Source: Planctomycetota bacterium | GTDB lineage: Bacteria > Planctomycetota > UBA11346 | DNA: 36,605 nt | Assembly: GCA_038213805.1 (NCBI GenBank) | Contig: JBBQSO010000053.1 | Coordinates: 1-36,605 of the forward strand | Direction of reading: 5' to 3' | Part shown: positions 25,172-33,715 of the stretch, piece after piece | Position numbering within the stretch: position 1 is the first letter of the stretch | How the letters are laid out: the number at the start of each line of letters is the position of its first letter | Program-made: the position numbers and the translations under genes | Notes under the pieces: model-generated | The model's input: only the letters and a program-made list of their open reading frames with translations | Database searches by the model: none | What the model was told of the DNA's origin: nothing

Positions 25172-26851
25172 TCAATGCAACACCGGCCCCGTCGCATCCT
25201 TGCCAATCTGGCGGTACCGATAATAGACCTCCAGGCACAGGCAGCAGTACGCGGTGCTCAGCACCCGTCCGGTGTCGCTGCCGTGGAAGACGGTATTCGC
25301 CGGGTCCCAGCTGCCGGCGAAGCAGTCGGGATCGCGGCGCATGCTCGCCAGCAGCATGCCGCTCATGGTCTTGTTCCAGCGCTGCCAGCGTTCGCCGCCC
25401 GCCTGAAAGATCGCCATGGTGTCGTAGTACAGGTAGTAGGTGTTGCAGGGGTAGGTCGTCGGGTGCTGGTAGGTGTCGATGTGATTGCACAGCGACTCCA
25501 GCATGATGTCGCCCTGGTGGTGGCCCAGGAACACCGCGCACACCGCGCCCACCGGCGCCAGGTCATGGGCGCTGCTGCCAGGTTTATCGATCTGCACGAC
25601 GTCGCTGGTCGCGTCCCAGGTGTAGGGGAAGCTGGAGCGCGCGCTGTAGGGATCCACCAGCTTGCGCCAATCCGGATTCGCGGCCTTCCACGCCTGGTCG
25701 AGCCAGGTGCGCGCACCCACCATGCCGGTGCCCACATCCAGCCCGGCCGCGACCGCACTCTTGAGCGCCATCACGCACCAGCCGCTCACCGATGAGTCGT
25801 TGCGCGCTGGATTGCCGTCGACGTAGTCCCAGCCCAATCCGCCATAGGCGCGATCAGCCTGCTTGGACGGATTGCGCGCCTGGCGGCTGACCAGCAGCGT
25901 GGCCGCCTTCTGCGCCGGCGCGCGCAACATCGGGTCACCGGTCATGCCATAGGCTTCAGCCAAGGCCATGGCCGCGACCGCGTGCTCATAGTTGCGCACT
26001 CCGAGCAGGCCATCCGGCTTCTGCGCCGCGAGCAGGTAGTCGAGCGCCTTCTGCACGGTCCTACGGTAGGTGCCGAACTTATGGTCGTAGCCCGCGCCCA
26101 GGTAGCAGAGCAGCGCATAACCGGTCAGCGCCACGTTGACGTCGCTGCCACCGCTAGTCGCCGTGCTGCCTGGCTCGCACTTTGGCCCCACCTGGCAGTT
26201 GTCCTGGTAGTGCTCGGCGTCCCACATGCCGTTCGTGCTCTGGTGGCGCTTGAACCAGCGCAAGGAGTCGTGAACTGCGGCTTCGGTCTCCCGGCCTCCA
26301 CCACCCTTCTTCACCGCCTCGTTGTGGCCGCCACCCCTGCGGACGCCGAAGGAGCCGCTGGCCGGACCACCGACGCCGGTCACACAGATGATACCCTTGC
26401 CACCTTCCTCGACCGTGGCGATTTTGTCCGGATCGCCCACCTTACCGGTCTGATCCGGATCTGCGTCGGAGGTATCAACCACATCGACCTTGGCGTCGAG
26501 AGGCGTGAACGGAGCCGCCTCCTCATCGACCTTGGTGGTATCGATCTCCGGCCTGGGCACGATGGCGACGACCGGCGGGTGCTCCGGCGGTTTGACGATC
26601 GGGGTCTGCTGCGGTGGTTCCCACGGCGGCTGCTCGATGACCGGGGCCTTGGCGGCGTAGACCAGGCCCGCGAAAATCAGCGCGACCACCCCATGCAGGC
26701 CGACGCTGAGGAACCACGCCGGCGCGCCGGATCTGGCGGAGCCTTCCTCGTCCTCGGCGTGCACTCGCACCACCTCGGGGCCGCTCGGGCCGGGTTCCGT
26801 ATCCGTCTGCTGCGCGTGACGCTGGTGAGTGGGGATCGCGGTGCTGCCCAT
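25172..26851 (-). CDS. Membrane-anchored prenyltransferase/squalene-oxidase repeat (alpha/alpha-barrel) protein
   Basis: PAWFLSVGLH TM anchor, Pro/acidic linker, Gly-rich segment, LRWFKRHQSTNGMW, TGYALLCYLGAG, YEHA..ALAEAYGMT, GWDY..DSSVSGW, YYLYY, GSWDP. GGAG RBS. Confidence 0.88.
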   Translation of the reverse strand: MGSTAIPTHQRHAQQTDTEPGPSGPEVVRVHAEDEEGSARSGAPAWFLSVGLHGVVALIFAGLVYAAKAPVIEQPPWEPPQQTPIVKPPEHPPVVAIVPRPEIDTTKVDEEAAPFTPLDAKVDVVDTSDADPDQTGKVGDPDKIATVEEGGKGIICVTGVGGPASGSFGVRRGGGHNEAVKKGGGGRETEAAVHDSLRWFKRHQSTNGMWDAEHYQDNCQVGPKCEPGSTATSGGSDVNVALTGYALLCYLGAGYDHKFGTYRRTVQKALDYLLAAQKPDGLLGVRNYEHAVAAMALAEAYGMTGDPMLRAPAQKAATLLVSRQARNPSKQADRAYGGLGWDYVDGNPARNDSSVSGWCVMALKSAVAAGLDVGTGMVGARTWLDQAWKAANPDWRKLVDPYSARSSFPYTWDATSDVVQIDKPGSSAHDLAPVGAVCAVFLGHHQGDIMLESLCNHIDTYQHPTTYPCNTYYLYYDTMAIFQAGGERWQRWNKTMSGMLLASMRRDPDCFAGSWDPANTVFHGSDTGRVLSTAYCCLCLEVYYRYRQIGKDATGPVLH

Positions 26852-27464
26852 GGTCGTCTCCTGGCCGGTGCGCTGATGAACGCCGCAGTGCGACCAAGGT
26901 TCGGGAGCAGGATCGAGGCGATTGCGAGACCCCGGGATGCGCGCGAAAACACCGTATTTCGCTGCTGTTTTAGATCACCTGGGATGACGAATCAGGCTCG
27001 CATCGAGAGGCACTGAACCTCCATCCTTCAACTGCGTTGGCGCCGCCAGCGCACGCACGCGACCCATTTTCCCACCCCTGAACACGTGCACCAGCGTCCG
27101 GATCCTTTCCTGGGACGGCGCGCCGCTGAGGCGCTCTCCATCCCGAGCGCACCAGCGGCGCCCGATCCTAGGCGGAAGCCTGACGCGACACCGCACGGCG
27201 GAGGCGCTCGCTTGGAATTGCGCACCGGCCACGGACCTGCTATTGCAAAACCCACTGGACCCCTCGCCCGCAGGCGCAGACCCAGACCCGACCCAACAAA
27301 TGGTCGCTCGCTTGTACCCGTTTCCGTCACGATCACGCCAGAACGCACATCCTATCTCCGCCCGGATCAGTCCGCGACATTCCACGTACTGATCCGTCGA
27401 GCGTTTTCATACCCGAACGCTTCTTGCGGTTTTGCCCGTCACCCCACAACATCCCGACGCACCG

Positions 27465-27476
27465 CTGGTATACCAG
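27465..27476. promoter_or_regulatory. Palindromic operator CTGGTATACCAG, FadR-subfamily GntR type
   Basis: Perfect 12-bp palindrome about 55 nt upstream of a sugar-acid operon; TGGTATACCA core is the UxuR/ExuR-type consensus. Confidence 0.6.
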
Positions 27477-27531
27477 TGTGCCGCGGCGACCGGGGTTCAC
27501 CGGACTTGCCCCGTACGCCCAGGAGAGAGCC

Positions 27532-28335
27532 ATCAAATATATCCGCTACCGCGACCAGGCGAACTCGACCGGATACGGTGCGCTCGCCACCGATGGCACT
27601 GTCCGCCGCCTGGTCGGCGACCTCTATGGTGCGCACACCGTCAGTGACGAGATCGTCCACCCCGCCGCGCTGCTGGCGCCGGTGGTGCCGACCATGATCT
27701 GGTGCATCGGCCTCAACTACCGCCGTCACGCCGCCGAGAGCAAGCTGCCCGAGCCGCAGCGCCCGGTGGTCTTCGCCAAGGGCCCGAACACCGTCTGCGC
27801 GCCAGGCGCCCCGATCGTCATTCCGCGCGCCCTCGCCAGCACCCAGGTCGATTACGAGTGCGAACTGGCGGTGGTGATCGGCAAGGCCGCCAAGAACGTC
27901 AGCCGCGCCAACGCCCTCGACCACGTGCTGGGCTACACCTGCGCCAACGACGTCAGCGCGCGCGATTGGCAGATCCAGTGGGGCGGCGGCCAGTGGTGCC
28001 GCGGCAAGACCTTCGACACCTTCTGCCCGCTCGGCCCCTGCCTGGTGGGGCGTGATGAGATCCCGGATCCGCAGGCGCTGCGCATCGCCACGGTGCTGAA
28101 CGGCGAGACCGTCCAGGACTGGAACACCAACGACATGATCTTCAGCGTCGCCGAGATCATCGAGTTCCTCAGCGGCAGCACCACGCTGCTGCCGGGCACG
28201 GTGATCCTGACCGGCACGCCGCACGGTGTGGGCATGGCGCGCAAGCCGCCGCTATGGCTGAAGGCCGGCGACCAGGTGACCATCTCCATTGCCGGCATCG
28301 GCGACCTCACCAATCCGGTCGTTGACGAGACCTGA
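27532..28335 (+). CDS. Fumarylacetoacetate hydrolase family protein (apparent ATC start)
   Basis: [55 protein letters not shown] precedes ATC-AAA-TAT-ATC-CGC-TAC. Confidence 0.92.
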   Translation: MKYIRYRDQANSTGYGALATDGTVRRLVGDLYGAHTVSDEIVHPAALLAPVVPTMIWCIGLNYRRHAAESKLPEPQRPVVFAKGPNTVCAPGAPIVIPRALASTQVDYECELAVVIGKAAKNVSRANALDHVLGYTCANDVSARDWQIQWGGGQWCRGKTFDTFCPLGPCLVGRDEIPDPQALRIATVLNGETVQDWNTNDMIFSVAEIIEFLSGSTTLLPGTVILTGTPHGVGMARKPPLWLKAGDQVTISIAGIGDLTNPVVDET

Positions 28336-28363
28336 CCAGACCACGTCGCGGAGCCGCCGTCCC

Positions 28364-29680
28364 ATGCCCATCACCATCACCTCCGTCACCGTCCACGACG
28401 TGCGCTTCCCGACGTCGCGGCTGAAGGACGGCTCCGATGCGATGAATCCCGACCCGGATTACAGCGCCGCCTACGTGGTGCTGGCCACCGACCGCCCCGG
28501 CCTGGCCGGCCACGGGCTGACCTTCACCATCGGACGCGGCAACGAGATTTGCGTCGCCGCCGCCAAGGCGCTCGCCCACCTGGTCACCGGGCGCACGCTC
28601 GAGTCGTTCACCGCCGACATGGGCGGTTTCTGGCGACACATCACCGGCGACAGCCAGCTGCGCTGGATCGGGCCCGACAAGGGTGCCATCCACCTTGCCA
28701 CCGCAGCGATCGTCAACGCGGTGTGGGACCTGTGGGCCAAGGTCGAGGGCAAGCCGCTGTGGCGCCTGCTCGCTGACATGAGCCCGGAGCAGCTGGTGCG
28801 CTGCATCGATTTCCGCTACCTCAGCGACGCGCTGACCCCGGACGAGGCGCTCGCCATCCTGCGCCAGCGCGACGCGACCAAGGGCGAGCGCATCGCAGCC
28901 CTCGAGCGCACCGGCTACCCGGCCTATACCACTTCGGCGGGCTGGCTGGGCTACAGCGACGAAAAAATGCGCCGGCTGTGCCGCGAGGCGGTCGCCGCGG
29001 GCTTCACCCACCTCAAGATCAAGGTCGGCCGCGATCTTGCCGACGACCTGCGCCGCAGCCGCATCATCCGCGAGGAGATCGGCTGGGAGCGCAAATTGAT
29101 GATGGACGCAAACCAGATGTGGGAGGTCGGCACGGCGATCGCCAACATGAAGGAGCTGGCCGCCTTCAAGCCGTGGTGGATCGAAGAGCCGACCAGCCCC
29201 GACGACGTGCTCGGCCACGCCGCCATCGCCAAGGCGCTGAAGCCGCTGGGCATCGGCGTCGCGACCGGCGAGCACTGCCAGAACCGCGTCATGTTCAAGC
29301 AGCTGCTGATGGCCGACGCGATCAGCTTCTGCCAGATCGACAGTTGCCGTCTGGGTGGCGTGAATGAAATCCTCTCGGTCTACCTGATGGCCGCCAAGTT
29401 CGGCATCCCGGTGTGTCCGCACGCCGGCGGCGTCGGCCTGTGCGAATACGTCCAGCACCTGTCGATGTGGGACTACGTCAGCGTCACCGCCACCACCGAG
29501 AACCGCGTGGTCGAGTATGTCGACCACCTCCACGAGCACTTCCTCGACCCCTGCGTGGTGAAGAACAGCCACTACATGCCACCGACACGGCCCGGCTACA
29601 GCATCGAGATGAAACCGAAGTCGATCGCCGACCATCTCTTTCCTGATGGCCCGGTGTGGAGCCACGCCGCGCAGGCGTGA
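28364..29680 (+). CDS. fucD: L-fuconate dehydratase (enolase superfamily, ENOSF1/rTS-like)
   Basis: DVRFPTS..DGSDAMNPDPDYSAAY, FTIGRGNE, QLRWIGPDKG, YTTSAGWLGY, KIKVG, DANQ, IEEPTSPDD, ATGEH, CPHAGGVGLCE, EYVDHLHEHF. Confidence 0.93.
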   Translation: MPITITSVTVHDVRFPTSRLKDGSDAMNPDPDYSAAYVVLATDRPGLAGHGLTFTIGRGNEICVAAAKALAHLVTGRTLESFTADMGGFWRHITGDSQLRWIGPDKGAIHLATAAIVNAVWDLWAKVEGKPLWRLLADMSPEQLVRCIDFRYLSDALTPDEALAILRQRDATKGERIAALERTGYPAYTTSAGWLGYSDEKMRRLCREAVAAGFTHLKIKVGRDLADDLRRSRIIREEIGWERKLMMDANQMWEVGTAIANMKELAAFKPWWIEEPTSPDDVLGHAAIAKALKPLGIGVATGEHCQNRVMFKQLLMADAISFCQIDSCRLGGVNEILSVYLMAAKFGIPVCPHAGGVGLCEYVQHLSMWDYVSVTATTENRVVEYVDHLHEHFLDPCVVKNSHYMPPTRPGYSIEMKPKSIADHLFPDGPVWSHAAQA

Positions 29681-29735
29681 ACCGGCATGCGCGCGCGGCC
29701 CGCCGCCACGCTTGTATTCCTGCGTATTCCCATTT

Positions 29736-29800
29736 TTCTCGCTTCTCGCTTCTCGCTTCTCGCTTCTCGCTGCTCGCTTCTCGCTGCTCGCGCTTCGCGC
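29736..29800. repeat. 8 x heptamer T(T/G)CTCGC ending in GCGC-TTC-GCGC
   Basis: ttctcgc x5, tgctcgc, ttctcgc, tgctcgc (29736-29791), then gcgcttcgcgc (29790-29800). Confidence 0.9.
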
Positions 29801-29825
29801 CTAAAGTTTCACCCAAAGGACTCCC

Positions 29826-30803
29826 ATGCCCCAGACCATCCTCATCACCGGCGGTTGCGGCTTCTTCGGCACCTGGATCATCCGCCGCCTGCTCGACGAT
29901 GGCGATCGGCCGGTGGTCATGGACCTGACCAGCAACACCAAGCGCTGGTCGATCCTGCTCTCACCCGAGGAGATCGCGCGCGTCCCCTTCCACGCCGTGG
30001 CCATCGACGACACCGCGGCGATGCTGGCCGAGGTCGAGCGCATCAAGCCCGACGCCATCATCCACCTCGCTGGCCTGCAGGTGCCGACCTGCCGCGACAA
30101 CCCGCTCGCCGGGGCGAAGGTCAACGTGCTGGGCACGCTCAACGTCTTCGAAGCCGCCAAGGCACGCAAGACCGCGACCGGCACCAGTCCGCGTATCGTC
30201 TACGCCTCCAGCGCCGCGGTCTTCGGCCCCGACGCTGAATACGGCGAAAAGCAGGTCGGCGACCACTCCATCCCGCGCCCGACCACACACTATGGCGCCT
30301 TCAAGCTGTGCACCGAGCACGCCGCCAAGGCCTACTGGACGGCCAACCAGGTCGCCAGCGTCGGCCTGCGCCCGCTCACCGTCTACGGCCCAGGGCGCGA
30401 CGTCGGCATGACCAGCTTCCCGACCCGCGCCATCGCCGCCGCCATCCATGGCAAGCCCTTCGACATCCCTTTCACCGGCCCGACCGCCTACATCCACATG
30501 CGTGAGGTCGCCGACATGTTCCTGGCCTGCGCGCGCAAGCCGATGACGGATGGCCTGGTCTACACCGTCGGCGGCGACGTCCTCGACACCGCGGGCTTCA
30601 TCCGTGCCCTGGCCGCCCAGCTGCCCGGCGCCGAAAAGCTGATCACGGCCTCCGGCGGCAACCTGCCGATCGCCGCCAATCTCGACGACGCCGCATTGCG
30701 CACGGCCTACCCGGGCCTGTTGCGCATCCCGCTCGACCAGGGCATCGCCGAGACCATCACGGTGTTCAGGAAGATGCATGCGGCAGGGAAGTTGGAGATT
30801 TGA
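29826..30803 (+). CDS. NAD-dependent epimerase/dehydratase (extended SDR)
   Basis: ITGGCGFFG, IIHLAG, NVLGTLNV, YASSAAVFG, YGAFK, LRPLTVYGPG. AAGGA RBS. Confidence 0.92.
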   Translation: MPQTILITGGCGFFGTWIIRRLLDDGDRPVVMDLTSNTKRWSILLSPEEIARVPFHAVAIDDTAAMLAEVERIKPDAIIHLAGLQVPTCRDNPLAGAKVNVLGTLNVFEAAKARKTATGTSPRIVYASSAAVFGPDAEYGEKQVGDHSIPRPTTHYGAFKLCTEHAAKAYWTANQVASVGLRPLTVYGPGRDVGMTSFPTRAIAAAIHGKPFDIPFTGPTAYIHMREVADMFLACARKPMTDGLVYTVGGDVLDTAGFIRALAAQLPGAEKLITASGGNLPIAANLDDAALRTAYPGLLRIPLDQGIAETITVFRKMHAAGKLEI

Positions 30804-30850
30804 GCTGATGGCTGATGGCCGATGGCCGACAACCGACAGCAGACACCCGA
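30804..30850. repeat. Decaying TGGCTGA-type heptamer tract
   Basis: gctga tggctga tggccga tggccga caaccga cagcaga cacccga directly after the SDR stop. Confidence 0.7.
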
Positions 30851-30855
30851 TACAT

Positions 30856-30999
30856 CAGGAGAGCGCGGAGGCGCGGAGCTGAGGCAGGCTGGACAGACAA
30901 CATGCCGCAAAGCGCAAAGGGACCAGGGATCCCGCATGCCCCGGCAAGGCATAGGACAAGCCGGCAGAAGTTGTCCCTCTGCGCCTCCGCGCGCTCCTG
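30856..30999. repeat. 23-bp imperfect inverted repeat enclosing about 98 bp (MITE/REP-like)
   Basis: caggagagcgcggaggcgcggag (30856-30878) versus ctctgcgcctccgcgcgctcctg (30977-30999): 21/23 complementary. Confidence 0.7.
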
Positions 31000-31039
31000 C
31001 TCTATCTAATTTCTGCCTTCTGCAGTCGGCCTCGCCCCA

Positions 31040-31504
31040 TCACTTCCCCATGCAGCACTTCTTGAACTTCTTCCCGCTGCCGCACGGGCACAGTTCATTG
31101 CGGCCGAGCTTATCTGCCGGCCGGACGAAGGTCGCTGGCTTGCCGCCGGCGGCGAGGAAGGCCTCCTTGAGCGCACCGACGTAGCGGCCGCGCGCAGCGC
31201 CTTCGGCGAGGCGGCCCTGGGCCTGGAGGTCGGTGAGGAAGGCGCGCACCAGGCTCGGTACGAACGGCCGCACCTCGGGATCGAGGTGCAGGCGTGCGAC
31301 CTCGCCCAGCAACGCCGTTTTCAGGTCTTCATCGCTGAGGACGCCGGGCTCCCGACCGCCCGCGGCGCAGGCTGCGGTCAGCAACGTGCCGAGGATCTGC
31401 TGGGCGTGCTCGGCCACGCGGCCAGGGAACAGCTTCACGCCGTCGCCGTGGCTGAAATCGGCGGCCCAGGATTCGCAGGTGTCGGTGCGCCAGTGCTCTG
31501 TCAT
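31040..31504 (-). CDS. SEC-C metal-binding motif protein
   Basis: C-terminal [20 protein letters not shown] preceded by a helical domain of unknown function. Confidence 0.88.
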   Translation of the reverse strand: MTEHWRTDTCESWAADFSHGDGVKLFPGRVAEHAQQILGTLLTAACAAGGREPGVLSDEDLKTALLGEVARLHLDPEVRPFVPSLVRAFLTDLQAQGRLAEGAARGRYVGALKEAFLAAGGKPATFVRPADKLGRNELCPCGSGKKFKKCCMGK

Positions 31505-31538
31505 TGATTCATTCCAGTGGGGCAGGGGAGGAAGACAA

Positions 31539-31689
31539 TGGCTGATGGCTGATGGCTGATGGCTGATGGCTGACTGAAACGGCGCTGCGCACCGATTTCA
31601 GTCCATTCGATGGGCGTGCAGGGGTCGCTCCGATATCGCCAACGACGTGGAGCAAGCGCTCTTCGCCAGCAGCCATCAGCCATCAGCCA
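31539..31689. repeat. (TGGCTGA)5 + hairpin ... inverted (TCAGCCA)~3
   Basis: Five perfect units 31539-31573; stem gactgaaa-cggcgc-tgc-gcaccg-a-tttcagtc 31572-31603; reverse-complement units 31670-31689. Confidence 0.85.
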
Positions 31690-31694
31690 CTCCC

Positions 31695-32450
31695 CTATCT
31701 CACATCCCCCTCACCCAACTTCCGCCTGAACAACTCCACGACCAGTCCATACGTCAGATGCGCCAGCGACGGATTGTAACGGTTGCCCTCATCGCGCAGG
31801 AAGGCGTGCGCCGCGTTGAACTCGTGCCACTCGAAATGGCGCTCGGCGCTGCTCAACGCCTGGTAGATGGCGGCGCGCGCCTCGGCGGGGATGTGTGGAT
31901 CCTGGCGGCCAAAGATCATCAGCAGCTCGCCGTTGATCGCGCGTACGCGCTCGAGGCTGTCGTCGGCGCTGCCCTTGCCCAGACTGCGCTTGTGCAGATC
32001 GGTGGGGTAGAGGCAGGCGGCGGCGAGGATCTCCGGCTCCAGCGCGGCGCGGAAGGCGAGGTGTCCGCCCAGGCACATGCCCATGGTGCCGATGCGGCCG
32101 GTGCAGTGGGGCGAGGCGTTCAGGAAGGCAATGCAGGCGCGCGCGTCGCTGTCGTAGCTCTCCAGCGATTTGGCAAGCTTGTGGGCGTTGCCCCGCGCCG
32201 AACCCTCGGGCGTGTAGCCCAGGACGGTGCCCGGCGCCTCGAGTTCGTGATAGACCTCGGGCACCGCGACCAGGAAGCCGTGCCCGGCCATCATCGCCGC
32301 GGTGCGGCGGATCGGGCCGGTGACCTGGAAGATCTCCGAATACAGGATGATCCCAGGATAGCGCCCGGGCGCCGCGGGCCGGAAGATGTGGGTACGCATC
32401 GGTCCGGCGAGGGTCGGCAGGTCCACGGTCTCGGTGTCGAGGATGATCAT
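31695..32450 (-). CDS. Dienelactone hydrolase family protein
   Basis: YSEIFQVTGPI, nucleophile GMCLGG, FGRQDPH, AHAFLRDEG. Confidence 0.93.
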   Translation of the reverse strand: MIILDTETVDLPTLAGPMRTHIFRPAAPGRYPGIILYSEIFQVTGPIRRTAAMMAGHGFLVAVPEVYHELEAPGTVLGYTPEGSARGNAHKLAKSLESYDSDARACIAFLNASPHCTGRIGTMGMCLGGHLAFRAALEPEILAAACLYPTDLHKRSLGKGSADDSLERVRAINGELLMIFGRQDPHIPAEARAAIYQALSSAERHFEWHEFNAAHAFLRDEGNRYNPSLAHLTYGLVVELFRRKLGEGDVR

Positions 32451-32539
32451 GCCCGCACCATGGCTGCACGGGCGTTGGGTCAACCGCCGCCCCGCGCGCA
32501 GGCAGTCGAGGTTTTCCCCGGTCCTGCTAGCCTGGGACC

Positions 32540-32815
32540 ATGCCCGACGTCCCGGCGGCCCTGGTCTACCTGCTGCGCTGCCGCGACGGGACCCTTTACT
32601 GCGGCTGGACGACCGACGTCGCCAAGCGCCTCGCCACCCACAACCGCGGTGCCGGCGCCGCCTATACGCGCGCGCGTCGGCCAGTGAAACTGGTCTGGCA
32701 CGAGGCCTGCGCCGACCGCAGCGCCGCCCTGCGCCGGGAATGGCAGATCAAGCAGCTGACCCGCCCCGAGAAGCTGCGCCTGATCGCGGCGGCCCGCCAT
32801 CGCAAGACCGGCTGA
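32540..32815 (+). CDS. GIY-YIG nuclease family protein (UPF0213, YhbQ/YazA-like)
   Basis: VYLLRCRDGTLYCGWTTD..RLATHNRG.GA.YT..RRPV..ALRREWQIK. Confidence 0.92.
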   Translation: MPDVPAALVYLLRCRDGTLYCGWTTDVAKRLATHNRGAGAAYTRARRPVKLVWHEACADRSAALRREWQIKQLTRPEKLRLIAAARHRKTG

Positions 32816-32978
32816 GCTCCCGCAGACTGCGCATCCCGCGCGCATGGCCGGAGCGTGATGCAGGTCGTTGTTCCCGACAGCAGCGACGGTCATTCACCCG
32901 CCCGGCTCCCGAGCGCTGCGATGCGATTGCTTCCACCTCGAAGCAGCGGCACAGTCGCACCGTCCGGAGCCGCTCGCC

Positions 32979-33692
32979 ATGTCACGCATCTTGAGCAGGT
33001 CCTGCGCGCTGATCACCACCGCCATCACGGTCGGTCTGGTCGCCTGCGGTGGCCCGCCGCGCCCCCGGGCTGGCTACCAACCACCTCCGATCACTCTTAC
33101 TGCGCCGCTTGAGCACACCTTCGCCGCCGATGCCGTCGCGCAGCCGCCGGCCGGCATGCACCCCTACACCCTCGGCCCCGGCAGGCCGTCGCGCTGGTTG
33201 GTGCAGGCGGTCCCCGATGCCGCCGGCGGCAAGGCGCTGGTGCAGATCGACGAAGACGACAACCACAGCCGCTACCCGCTCGCCCTGCTCGACGGCGTGA
33301 TCGCGCGCGACCTGCGCGTCGGTGTGCACGCGCGCGCCGTGCGCGGTCAGCTCGACCGCTCCTTCGGCGTGATCCTGCGCGCCCGCGATGATCGCAATTT
33401 CTACCTGGCGCGCGCCAACACTTCCGAGATCTCGCCGGAGAACGTCCGCCTGTACGTGTTCGTCGACGGCAAGCGCTCCCAGCTCGACGAGTGGGAGGGC
33501 TCCGCCAAGCCGGGCGTGTGGCACGACCTCGCCCTGGAGGCGGTCGGCGACCAGCTCACGGTGAGATTCGACGGCAAGCCGGTGATCAAGCGCCGCGACA
33601 CCACCTTCCGCGAGGCCGGCGGCGTCGGCGTGTGGACCAAAGCCGAGTCGGTGAGCCAGTTCGACCGCATCACCATCGCCCCCGCTCCCTGA
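32979..33692 (+). CDS. Putative lipoprotein with ConA-like / DUF1080-like beta-sandwich
   Basis: Lipobox LVAC; GVILRARDDRNFY, WHDLAL..GD.LTV.FDGK, D.TF..GGVGVWTKA..SQFD pattern. GGAG RBS. Confidence 0.75.
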   Translation: MSRILSRSCALITTAITVGLVACGGPPRPRAGYQPPPITLTAPLEHTFAADAVAQPPAGMHPYTLGPGRPSRWLVQAVPDAAGGKALVQIDEDDNHSRYPLALLDGVIARDLRVGVHARAVRGQLDRSFGVILRARDDRNFYLARANTSEISPENVRLYVFVDGKRSQLDEWEGSAKPGVWHDLALEAVGDQLTVRFDGKPVIKRRDTTFREAGGVGVWTKAESVSQFDRITIAPAP

Positions 33693-33715
33693 AGCCCATC
33701 CCGACCGGAGATTCC

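Noticed and set aside
25098..25541. N-terminal extension of the 24741 membrane ORF (listed as 266 aa)
   Set aside because: It overlaps the prenyltransferase-fold gene in another frame; the hydrophobic protein plausibly begins at ATG 25097.
26975..27697. ORFs in the large intergenic region (26975-27385, 27028-27348, 27086-27697)
   Set aside because: No RBS, atypical codon usage and composition, no motifs.
32540..32815. GIY-YIG gene as a homing endonuclease or the mobiliser of the repeats
   Set aside because: It is the short, widespread UPF0213 type with no DNA-binding extension and no intron or element boundaries.
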